Shown here piece after piece: positions 19,972 to 30,800 of a stretch of DNA of 58,630 nucleotides (position 1 is its first letter; each line of letters opens with the position of its first letter). Both the position numbers and the translations under genes were made by a program. This DNA is from a virus (lineage: Duplodnaviria > Caudoviricetes): IMG/VR virus record IMGVR_UViG_3300027861_000034, positions 1 to 58,630 of that record; one strand, given 5' to 3'. A model generated the notes under the pieces. It made no database searches. It was not told the DNA's origin and saw only the letters and a program-made list of their open reading frames with translations.

Positions 19972-20394
19972 ATGAAGAAAGGTGAATGGATAACAGTAGA
20001 GTGTGGTGATAACGTGCTTGTTGGTACTATGATTAGTATACAGGATGGCTACGTTGACTTTGAGAATGATACAGAAAGAAGAAGCATAGACCTTGAAGAG
20101 GTTGACGATATGAGAACCTCAACCCAAGAGGAAATAGACAGCGTTAAGCCTAAAGAGACGTATGAGGATGTGGAGATTGAGTGGGTTTCTAAAATGGCAG
20201 AAGTTAGGCATCCCGAAAATAATAAGATATATAATATAACAGCTAAGCCTGTCGGATGGACGCTGAGTGGTTGGGCGTTGAGTGGGTATCTGCATGATGA
20301 GGAGTATATAGCTTATGTAATGCTGTTCGATGAGTCGGGAATGTCTATAAAATCCAAAGCAACCCACGCTCGATTCGTAAAGGTAGGTGAATAA
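19972..20394 (+). CDS. Hypothetical protein
   Basis: ATG 19972 after AAGGAG and a palindrome copy. Confidence 0.6.
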   Translation: MKKGEWITVECGDNVLVGTMISIQDGYVDFENDTERRSIDLEEVDDMRTSTQEEIDSVKPKETYEDVEIEWVSKMAEVRHPENNKIYNITAKPVGWTLSGWALSGYLHDEEYIAYVMLFDESGMSIKSKATHARFVKVGE

Positions 20395-20898
20395 AATGTT
20401 AGCTATATTACTAGGAACAATTATGACTCTAATGACATTGGGGTTTGTTATAATACCTTTTATCTGTATTATTATCGACACCTATCAAAAGCTAACCAAC
20501 AAAGAGGATACATCATGTCGGTTGAGAAGACGCTAGACCTAATCGACAAGCTGATAGCAAGAGGTGATATGAAAATGGCGAGAGCTTTATCACGCAAGAT
20601 CGAACCGAAATTAAATGAGATAACAACAAACACAATCAAAGAACTACATCAATCAATCAAAGATTTTAGACAACCAAAACAAAAAGGAACAACATGATCA
20701 CAGTTTTTAGACCAAATGATTTCACGAAGGAAGGACTAGTAGCATTCAAAGAGTGTGGCAAACTAAACAGATCACACTTGAGGTATAACTTTAGAGTCTA
20801 CCTAGATAGGACAGATGAGGCGTACTACTCTGATAAGGATGAGGGAGAGATACTACAGGATATGAAGCAGGTTAAGATGAGCAGATAGAAAAGAGATA

Positions 20899-20932
20899 GG
20901 GGGCGACCATTACGGTTAGCCCCCTTTTTTTT
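20899..20932 (+). terminator. Intrinsic terminator where the two transcription units converge
   Basis: GGGGGCGACC-attac-GGTTAGCCCCC followed by T8. Confidence 0.85.
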
Positions 20933-20936
20933 GTGC

Positions 20937-21110
20937 CTAGTCTTCGTCCGGATGCGCCTCTTCAGCATCACCTAGAACATTGTCAACAATATCAAAGATC
21001 GAATCATCAATCTCATTGCTGGTTGAGTCTACTACCATCTCCAGTACGTGCATAACTACCTTGCGCACCAAAGACCACGGCATTAATTTTAATAACATTG
21101 AAACACTCAT
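20937..21110 (-). CDS. Small protein (57 aa, not in ORF track), lysis-region type
   Basis: GGAG RBS; MSVSMLLKLMPWSLVRKVV...DSTSNEIDD. Confidence 0.6.
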   Translation of the reverse strand: MSVSMLLKLMPWSLVRKVVMHVLEMVVDSTSNEIDDSIFDIVDNVLGDAEEAHPDED

Positions 21111-21111
21111 A

Positions 21112-21390
21112 CTATTCTCCTTTTAGTTCTTTAACTATCTTCTTTAGCTTCTGCGTATCTGTTGTTCTACGCTCCTTGTGATCATTGAACTCAACCTGCA
21201 ACTTGTCTATACGCCTGTGAATGATCTCTCTACAGTCGTGACACTCTTGCTTTGTTGAGAACGTCTTCTGTATCTCATTGATAATCTCTAGTACAGCATT
21301 ACGTATAGCTAGCTTCACCACTGCATAACCTACCAATACGATACCTACGATTATAGGCCAATACTCTACTAACATGTTCACGGTCTTCAT
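21112..21390 (-). CDS. Putative holin-like protein (single TM plus coiled coil)
   Basis: N-terminal TM segment WPIIVGIVLVGYAVV; position at end of late operon. Confidence 0.5.
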   Translation of the reverse strand: MKTVNMLVEYWPIIVGIVLVGYAVVKLAIRNAVLEIINEIQKTFSTKQECHDCREIIHRRIDKLQVEFNDHKERRTTDTQKLKKIVKELKGE

Positions 21391-21478
21391 TCCTTTTCCT
21401 TTTAGTTGTGTACAGCTGTATACTGTGGGTGGTGAATAAAACTAGCATACAGTGTACGGTTATTCAATATTTAATTAA

Positions 21479-22012
21479 CTAACTTCCATAGACTTCATCA
21501 TGTGCTTTTGCTTTGCATTCCCCTACATAAGCTCTATAAGCAACGTAGGCAACATTTGTTGCATCTTCTATACCATCTGCGATTAAAGCAAACTCATCGT
21601 CCTGTGTGTACTTCTCTCGTATATTCTCTACTACTAAAGCATTGTACTCTTGTAGTTCTCTCTCTTCTTTGAGTTGAGCAAAGTAATCTGCTGTCTGATA
21701 CTCTACCACTCCATCAATCACCATAAGCTCCGAGTTATCCCGTACGATTGCACCATCATGTTCAACGGCTGTCTGCGTGATAGTCTCCTTGCCTAGCTTC
21801 CATTGTTCTAGTTTAGTTATGTATTCGGGAAATGTAGGCTCTACGTAAGGCGGTAAAACCTGCCCATCTGCAATTGCCTTGTCATAATCTGCTTTTGCTT
21901 TTTGCTTGACAGATTCACGCATTGCCATTTCGCGTTCATAATCTTTTTGCCCGAAGTCTTCCTGTACTGAGCTTGTTACTTCGCTTCCGTTTACTGCGTA
22001 TACCATGTTCAT
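21479..22012 (-). CDS. Putative tail fibre assembly/chaperone protein
   Basis: Follows the fibre gene; C-terminal IREKY..DDEFAL...Y..Y...CKA.A motif. Confidence 0.55.
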   Translation of the reverse strand: MNMVYAVNGSEVTSSVQEDFGQKDYEREMAMRESVKQKAKADYDKAIADGQVLPPYVEPTFPEYITKLEQWKLGKETITQTAVEHDGAIVRDNSELMVIDGVVEYQTADYFAQLKEERELQEYNALVVENIREKYTQDDEFALIADGIEDATNVAYVAYRAYVGECKAKAHDEVYGS

Positions 22013-22022
22013 AATTTTTCTC

Positions 22023-23477
22023 CTAGTAAAATGAGCAAACTAATTTGCCCGTTATTGTGTTTGAATTACTTGCTTTGATTTGTGCTGTCTCAAAGATACT
22101 GGAGCTGTCTTTAATCCATAAGCCATTCAGTCCTATCGAATTTTCATTTGCATTGTATTTACTCAAGCAGACCCTATTAGATCCATTTTTGAGAGAAATA
22201 AGACTACTAAAATCGCAAACCTTCCTTATATATCCGAAAATATTTACACCCAATTGAATGGCTGATGTTGTTGAGGAAGTACTAGAAGCTAAATACTGCC
22301 TATCTACAGTTTGAGTTAAATTATTAAAGGTTATACCCATAAAACAATAAGAGTCGGCCCCCTCCCCCACAAAATCCACTTTGCAAAACAGCGCATCACT
22401 AGGAATCTCAAAACTATGACCTGCTGAGAAATCGCCTGCAATGTCTACCACTTGTCGATATGTCCACGGTGTCAAATCTGCGTTGTAGCCTTTTGGGACT
22501 GCGTAGAGTTGTATGTTGCCCGATACGCTTGCCGATGGTCGTAGCAGTAGCGAGGTCATTGGGGTTGATGTGTCGGGATTGGTTGTGTATCGCTCGACTT
22601 GCTGTGCCGCTACTTGTTCGTTTAAAGTACTTGTTGATATGTTTTTCCTACCAACCTCTGCATTTATACACGTTTCTGAATCTGGGTATATTTGAAAATC
22701 TTCTGTTTCTGGGATATTTGCAGAATACAGAGTTCCGTTGATATTATACATATGTTGCATTGTTTTGTCAGCCACAACAAGTTCATTTATATATCCATCT
22801 ATAGTTGAATCCAATCCACTACTCTTCACAACAATATCATACAACTCCCCGTCAATCTCAACACCTTCCGTATCATTCACGCCACCGAATATAATATCTG
22901 CGGTTTGATTTGTAAGCGTTAAATTCTTGAGCAAAATCGCGTGTGGATTGTACTGGATTTTTGGGACTGCGGTTATTACTAGGGTGTAGGTGATTGTTGC
23001 AGTTGATGTACTTTGAAATTGAATTGACGTTAGTTCTGTGCTCGTGTCGGATGTGTAATAGGATTCTTTTATTATATTTGTTGATGCAATCTTACTAAAT
23101 GATGCTATTTCATCTACATGCCTTTTGTTGCCAATTAAACCCGTTATTTTTCCGTTATTAAACGATGGATAGCTTGATTGTGACGATTGAGCAATACCAA
23201 CAAAAGCCGATGTTCCGCTAAACGCAGAAGCCGTTGTATTTCTACCCTGCATAAAATCCCTTGAATATGAAGTTGAATTATTTAGCTCAAATGTTACAGC
23301 AGTCTCAGAGCTTTGAGAATGCAAAACAAAATGATACTCATAATCATAAACCTCTGAACCTTCGCCCTCGATAGTTAAATCAATATCCTCAAAGTTCACA
23401 CCTGCCGTAACCGCTTTAGTCTCGCGGTCAATTCGGCATACTGTGCGGTGTACGTTTTTCTTTTTTGGAAATACCAT
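22023..23477 (-). CDS. Putative receptor-binding/tail fibre protein with three tandem beta domains
   Basis: S/T-rich; three internal repeats ending D.S...TS...-like; position after the fibre adaptor. Confidence 0.6.
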   Translation of the reverse strand: MVFPKKKNVHRTVCRIDRETKAVTAGVNFEDIDLTIEGEGSEVYDYEYHFVLHSQSSETAVTFELNNSTSYSRDFMQGRNTTASAFSGTSAFVGIAQSSQSSYPSFNNGKITGLIGNKRHVDEIASFSKIASTNIIKESYYTSDTSTELTSIQFQSTSTATITYTLVITAVPKIQYNPHAILLKNLTLTNQTADIIFGGVNDTEGVEIDGELYDIVVKSSGLDSTIDGYINELVVADKTMQHMYNINGTLYSANIPETEDFQIYPDSETCINAEVGRKNISTSTLNEQVAAQQVERYTTNPDTSTPMTSLLLRPSASVSGNIQLYAVPKGYNADLTPWTYRQVVDIAGDFSAGHSFEIPSDALFCKVDFVGEGADSYCFMGITFNNLTQTVDRQYLASSTSSTTSAIQLGVNIFGYIRKVCDFSSLISLKNGSNRVCLSKYNANENSIGLNGLWIKDSSSIFETAQIKASNSNTITGKLVCSFY

Positions 23478-23479
23478 AA

Positions 23480-23914
23480 TTACCTCACAATCTTATATGA
23501 TGCACTCACTGTATCGTACTCCAAACATAAGACACCATCGGCTATAACAACTGTAGGTACAATTGTATCTCCACTCGTAGCTTTCTCAATCTTTACTTGA
23601 GCTGTACCACTGACGTAGATATAGTATTGTGATCCGTTAGACGCTGTATCCGGAACTGTCACTGTACCATTTACGCTACCTGCAAATGTATTAACCTTAG
23701 TGTTTGCTTGGAGTGTGTCTGTATCTACTACTATATTGGTAAGAGCTGGCGGTGTATAACCTTGTCCTCCCGATACTAGATCAAGACCACCTAGTGTTAC
23801 GCCATCTCCTATACGAAACTTTTCATTAGTTACATCGTAGACCATCTCTCCATCTTCTAGTGTGATTGCATCCAACTGTGCTGATGTGCCAAAAGGCGGT
23901 TTAAAAATACTCAT
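23480..23914 (-). CDS. Tail fibre protein with Mtd-N-like domain
   Basis: GT.AQ.....L.DGE..YD.....FRIGDGVT.GG motif. Confidence 0.7.
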   Translation of the reverse strand: MSIFKPPFGTSAQLDAITLEDGEMVYDVTNEKFRIGDGVTLGGLDLVSGGQGYTPPALTNIVVDTDTLQANTKVNTFAGSVNGTVTVPDTASNGSQYYIYVSGTAQVKIEKATSGDTIVPTVVIADGVLCLEYDTVSASYKIVR

Positions 23915-24732
23915 TACACTCTTCCTCCATAAGTTAGTGTTGCTGTTGAATCAACTCTACTACCTAGAAAGAAGTTGATTTCGTTTATACTTGCGTTGTT
24001 TATTACATTGTTAACATTTGTCTCTGCTAGTTCTGCTCCTGCCTGTGCTGTCTGTGCCTGTAGTGCGTAGTCCAAAGAGTCTTGAGCTGATGCCTCTGAT
24101 GCACTTGCACTTGCACTTGCTGAGTTTGCATAACCCTCTGCCTCTGCTGTTCCCTGCTCAACTGCTTTGTCCACTGCCTCGTCTAGCAAATCTTCACTTA
24201 CTGAGAAGTCTCCGTTCTCATCAAACCCTAATAAGGAATTAGCTCTCACCGCTTTGGTTGGTAGAATATTATCACTGTTCTCTACCTTCTCACTAGGGGG
24301 AAATCTAACAGAGTTCCTATCAGCCTCAACCATATCTTGAGCCATCATACACTGACGATCCTGCTCAAACTCCAATTGCACAGGGTTCATATCCTGCTCG
24401 AACTCCATATCGTACTCTTGGACTAGCTCGGTATCCCTTGTGATAGTTACCTGTAGTTCTGTGTTTTCGTATACAGCTGTATCCAATATCGTGATGCTAC
24501 CTGTTGTAGGAAAGCTAGGGTCTGTCTGATCAAATGTATAATCAGTGTCCTCTATCAATACACTTTCATCTCCTAGCACTGTATCATACAGATATACTAG
24601 CAGGTCTTTGGATTGTGCGACTGGGAAATTGAATGGTAATTCAGCTACCCCCGACATGACATAGACTTCCTTCAATGAATCCGGTTCAACTATTGTCAAT
24701 TTATACCTCCTTATGTTTGTTTTAAGAGCCAT
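23914..24732 (-). CDS. Tail fibre adaptor (T7 gp17-N-like)
   Basis: F.F....DL.VY...L....DY...ITI...R.T...E.E.DR..M..Q; RAN..LGFD. Confidence 0.75.
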   Translation of the reverse strand: MALKTNIRRYKLTIVEPDSLKEVYVMSGVAELPFNFPVAQSKDLLVYLYDTVLGDESVLIEDTDYTFDQTDPSFPTTGSITILDTAVYENTELQVTITRDTELVQEYDMEFEQDMNPVQLEFEQDRQCMMAQDMVEADRNSVRFPPSEKVENSDNILPTKAVRANSLLGFDENGDFSVSEDLLDEAVDKAVEQGTAEAEGYANSASASASASEASAQDSLDYALQAQTAQAGAELAETNVNNVINNASINEINFFLGSRVDSTATLTYGGRV

Positions 24733-24806
24733 AGAGCAATCTTATCAGAAGAAGCGGGTGTGACTTCATCCGTTACTCTACAGCACCTTACGTTTAATTT
24801 AAACCG

Positions 24807-27800
24807 TTACTTTGCATTATCTATTACCTCGTATGAATCCTCAATCATGTTGTACATGTGTACTGATGGGAGACCTAGAGGCTCAGCTATAACGTGAGTT
24901 AACTGCATCATTGACTCCAACCACTCCTCATCTCTTAGCATATTAGCGAACATACCAAACCTGTACATTGACCCCGATATAGAAGTCTGTCCAAGGAACG
25001 GAGGCTTAGGTAGGCCAGCCATTGCATACGCTGAGGCACTTACCATATCTCTCACAATAGGAATACCGCTAGAAGTAAGAGGGGCGAACATCAACATAGT
25101 TAAGTCTCTCTCTATTGCATCATCTCTTTCAGCACCCATTGACCCCATCATAACTGCATTGAGCAATCCACCACCGGCAAACATCCAAGGTAGTATCATC
25201 TGACTCATAACGATAGCACCAGCATTCTGAGCTTTGCTACCTTTACCCTTAGCTATTGCACTAGCCCCACTCATAGCCATACGCAAATATGATAGCTGAG
25301 AGTTATTGAACATCGTGAACAGCTTAGAGAATGTACCACTCTGCTGTAGCATACCAAGGTCTTTGCTCTTACCACTCTGTTGCATGTGAGAGGTTATGAT
25401 CTCAAAGTCCTCAATAGCTTTAGCCTTAGCATCTGCCTCGCTCATTCCTTTCTTGATGTACTGATCCTTCTTGTAGCTATACATAGCCCAACCACCGGAG
25501 ACAATCGCTATCTTATCACCTAGCTTAGTTGGAGACATAGCCCAATTCTCTAGGGACTTAGTGGTAGACTTAGCTGAGAACTCTGTAAACTGATGTGACT
25601 GCTCAAGGTTTCTCAATGCCTCATTTATATTGTTGGCCTTATAGCGATCCTCCATCATCTCACTAGATTCAGTTAGCTCCTTCATACGCTCCTTCCATAA
25701 GTCCGGTCTAGCAAAGAACTCTGATGTACGCACACCCCACTCAGTAGGTGGCATCTCAATCATATACGCCATAGCTGATGTTAACTGTTTAGTAAATGCC
25801 CCAAGGTTAAGAGCCATCTTACTACGAATGAACCCGTTGATCCAAGCATCCAGTACCGGTATCCTCATAACATTCTGAATACCCTCAGCCTCAAACTTAG
25901 TGAACAGCTTATTGATCAGAACATTAGTCTCATTCCCGAAGTAATGCTTAACCCACTTCTGTACATCCTCACCTTGAATAACCTCACGTATCTCTTTCAT
26001 ACCTTCAGTCTTAGCTATATAGTTCTCCATCATCATTACATGTGAAGTCATAATATCAAAGGCATCCATATTCTCCATGTCAATAGAGTTGTCGTTCTCA
26101 ACACGATCAACCAAAGCCTTGTTAACTAATCCTGTAGCATCCATCGCCCCTGTCTTCTTCAGTAGGTCAGTCACTTCTTGATCAGCAATATAGCTTCTTC
26201 TCAGCGGAGTATAGTTCTCTTCTTGCTTGAGGTTAACACCATTCACATTAACGAATACCTCATTGATCCTAGGGTAGTACTCTCGATAGAATACCAACAT
26301 ATCATCTGCTAGAGCAACGGCACCTTTGAATGTAGCAAGGTACTCTTCAACCTGCTTGATAGTCTCATCTGTAAACTTACTCTTCTCAAGAGCTTTTCTA
26401 CCAGCCTCATTCTTAGCAAGGTTACGGATAGTGATAGCATCACCGGCACTTATCTTCAAGTCCTTACCATCAACCAGTATTCCAGTTTCCTTACTCTTAC
26501 GAAAGCTCTCTAGGGTCTTAACATTAAGCTCACCATCCTTTCCGATATGCTTAGCAACCATAGCTGACATTATATCCTGCTGTGTTCTTAGGTTCTTGCT
26601 CAGAGTGTTGGTCATTTTGTTTATGTTTCTCATAACGAACTCAGAAGCCGTACCCTCAAACAATCCACCTACAGCATCCAGCCTGTCCATAAGAGAACGG
26701 ATATTCTGATTCCATCCCATAGAGTTACCTAGCTTGATTACCCAATCCTTACCCTTGGCTCTAGGCTTACCAGTTCCACCCTGCATAGACTTAACGATTG
26801 CATCTGAAGCCCACTTCTTACGCCCCTCATCCATAAACGCTATAGCTTTCTTAGCAAGCACACCTTGTCTAACAGTGTACTCTACCAGCTCAGCTATCTG
26901 CTCTAGCCTTACGCTGTCCATACCACCTAACTGATTAAATGTATTCAGCATTGAAACCTTAGCATTGTCTCCACTGTCTACAGCTGTATTCAATTCCTTG
27001 GCATACTCCTCTTGACTTAGATTAAAGATACGTTCTGCCTCAGTAAGGAACGTGTGTATATCTGCTCCACGCTGACCACCACCAAACTTACCCTCTCCAC
27101 TCTTAGGACGATACTTATCAAATAGCTTGTCAATCTTAGCACTGATACCATCACGCTCTATACTTGCTTTGATGTCCTCTATTTTCTGAATAGTCTCTTC
27201 ATATATATCACGACCTAGCTTCTCTCCAGCCTTATTGATCTTGCCAATAGCACTAGCCACAAGTTTCTTTTCATTGACGTTCCTAGCTCTCCAACCTTTA
27301 TTCAATCGGTTAAGCTCATCCATCAACTCTGTCTTGGTAGCCTGTTGCTTGCGCATCTTAGCTATACGTTTATCTCTACGCCTACGCTTACCTTCCTCAA
27401 TACCAAGAGCACGTTTGTTCTGACGAGCAGTGAATAGCGCATCTCCCTTAGCTGTCTCAAGGTCTGATATTTTCTTGAGTGTACCATTGCTCACGTACTT
27501 CAGAATATCCTCGGCATCATTGATCTTAGCCATCACCTTGTTTAGTTCTTTGGTACGGGCTTCAAGCTCTAACTCATAGTCATGGATCGTATCAAGTGTA
27601 GACTCTCTACCATCTAGCCACTCCTCGTAAGGCACTGCCATATCTAGCTGAGCTGTTACATCTGTCTGTACTGGCTGGGTTGCATCAAATTGATCTTTGG
27701 TGTATATGACAAAATCATCACCATCAAGACTTATTATATTATTCTCCGCAACACTCTTAACTGCATCAATCGCATTGCTTCTAGAAGTAGCATACTCGCC

Positions 27801-30800
27801 ACCGATATTATGAACACTTCCATTTTCGTCTGTAAATTCAGCTCTCCATTCACCTCTTGGATATGTCTCAGTTGAAAACTTTCTAAACTCAACTTCATAA
27901 TCACCGATTACTCCATCTACATTCAACGGAACAACTGCTGTATATATGTTTGTGTTTGTTTCTATATCGTAATCACCAGTAGCTTTTAGTTTTACCTTGA
28001 CATTCGTTGGTAGCTCTGAACTCAATTGTTTTTTTGTCTGAGTTGTATCAACCTTCTCAAAGCTGTCAAGGAACTGTTTGAACTCCCGACTCATCTTACC
28101 CGACTCTTTGAACTTTCTCAAAGCAAGTGCTCTACCTACGATGTAATTCTTCATAGCCTGTATAGCATTAAAGAAAGAACGTATATCCATCCCAAGAGTT
28201 TTGTGCATCGGTTTAACCTCAAGTCTCCACTCCACCGCTCTATCAGATGTCCACTCTACATTGGATTGAGTCTCATTCTTTCTGAGCAATTCTTGATAGT
28301 CAGCTTTCTCTTTACCGGTTGTACCTTCAATAAGTTTCTTTAGGTGATTTCTCCAACCCACACGCTCTGCTGTAATCTTCATATCCCAATTAGAATCTTG
28401 AGCCATCATACCTTTGTAGGCCATCTCAGAACTTTCTTCTATAACTGTTGAAGCATCATAGCCGTAGTACAGGTGAATCATACCATCTCTAGTAAGACCT
28501 CTTGCACTCACAGACTTGAGCACCGTATCAGTAACCTCATCTATGTTCATACCCGAATCACGTATCAGCTTCTTAGCCTCATCTTCAGTAAGGGTTCCCG
28601 ACTCAATAAGAGAACTCAGTGTATTTTTCTTACCATCTACAACTACCGTATCCTCTCCGAAGTTAGAACGAACCCAGCTAACCATAGCCTGTGATAATCC
28701 ATCAGCTTCAGTTATATGATCTAGCCTCTCTAGCTGTTTTGCTATTACGTCCACTCTGCCGGCACTTTCATCAAGACCCATCTTCTTACCCAAAGATTTG
28801 ATAACATGGTCTCCAGCTTTCTCTAATTGAGTCTTAACGGTACTCTTGGCATCAGTTTCTATAGCACCAATCAATTGAGTAGGGTTATACAGCCCATCTA
28901 CATCACCGTTGCTATTAATGATCACACCCTCACGATCAAGAGCCTCAACCATAATTATATCCCTAGCACTACCAACACCAGCCTTGTACCGATCCATCAT
29001 AGCCGGTAACTGCTCACGCATCTTAACCTCTGTCTCTGCCATATCAACAGTATACTCATCCGGTGTAGCTTCTCTCAACTTCTCATTGAAAGCCTCAACG
29101 TATGCAACGGGCATTATACCTTCAGCTCGGTTATTGGCTACAATTGCAGACAAACCATCAAGGGTTAGTGGCTTCGCAGTGTCCTCATCTAGGCCGGATT
29201 CCAGTAACAGTTGCGCTCTGCTCATACTATCCGTAGGCAACATACCCGAAACAGCCCGTGCTTCATTGGCAATTTGCTCAATAGTTGAATACCAAACATC
29301 AATCTCCACATCACCCATCGCATTCTCAAAGTTTATGCGGTCAGTTAGTGACTGTCTATCATTACCAACATCAACAGTTACAGGCTTTTCTTTAGTCTCA
29401 CCCTCAGTTGTCTCTTCTTTTTTGTCTACAAGTGTAGCCAGTTTCTTTTTATACACCGCCATTTCGTTTGCTCTACGTGCATTGAACTCTGTGTTAGCCT
29501 TGACTCTCCCACTCAGACCCATTTTATCAGCAGTAGTTTTCATAACATGACCACCGGCTGACATCATTTGACCACCAAGCATACCGAAGACAACAGCTTT
29601 TTCCATCTCTTCTTTCTGAGCCTCAGTCCAATCAGCCTCAAGAGCTTTGTTGATCATCTCAAGTGACGTTATATTTGGGTTATCCTCTCTGACTTTACCA
29701 GCTTCTACAGCAGTAAATTGAGTAGCAGTCTGTATTCCTTCCTCAACTCCCTCTTTTAATCCCTCTACCACAACACCTTTCAGAGCACCTTTGGTTGTAG
29801 CTTTCTTGATATAGCCCTTGAATGATGCCTCAACACCCTCTTTGCTCATAGCGATAATAGCATCCTTACCGAACTCCTTAACGTATCCCTTGATAAGATC
29901 ACCTGCACCGAACTCATGTGCCATACCAATGTTCTCAACACCAGCCATTATCACACCGGCACCTACCGATATATGACTAGATATTTCATGGCTTATGCCC
30001 TCATTGCGCATCATTGCATACGTTTCACCGCGATACTGTTGATAGTTATTATGAGTGAATCCAGCTCTCCAGCCCCATCCTGCACCAGCCAGCGCACCAA
30101 TACCAGTAGCAGAACCAGCTCCAGCACCAGCTCCAATGGCTAATAGGTTATCCGGATCAAATGCAGAGCGACCCATAAACAACATTGAGTCAGTCATTGT
30201 ACCAGCGAACTCACCGACAGATGTATCATACGGTACCTGTAACTGAAATTTACTTTGACTAGCTAGTAGAGAATCAATCTGCTCCATGTTATCAGAGCTT
30301 ACAGCCCCAGCCATAGCCTCATTAAAGTCGTACCGGTCAGCTGAATTGTTCCATAGTTGCTCGAACTGAAGAGTGAAATCCCCACGCCCACCGCCAACGA
30401 TACCCGATACAGCGTCATAATGCTCAGCTATACCCTCGTTAACATTGAATGCAGAGTTCATAATAGGCAGGATATTATCGTACACATACTCCTCACCTTT
30501 CTCTTGAATGCTTCTCAGAGCAGGATCATTTGAGTTAAGTATAAACTTGGTAAGAGCACTCTTGCTTTGCATCTCCTTGCGAGCGTCAGTGTCCTCAATC
30601 ATTGAAGTGTCTACACCTGTATACTGGTCTACGTACATGTGATCAGAGAACATTTTCTTAGTGTCCTCCATCTGTCTTAGCTGACCCATACGCACTTGGA
30701 GGGACTGTAGCTCTTTATTGCTAAGCTCAACCTTATCTCTATTATCAAACAGGTATTGACCTTCACTTAGGTTAGATGGCATCTTAGTATCAATTCCATC

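Noticed and set aside
22023-23914. Diversity-generating retroelement as in BPP-1
   Set aside because: No reverse transcriptase, Avd or adenine-variant TR/VR repeat seen
28909-29550. 213-aa plus-strand ORF and other antisense ORFs over virion genes
   Set aside because: S/I/L-rich shadow frames of strongly supported minus-strand genes, with no RBS
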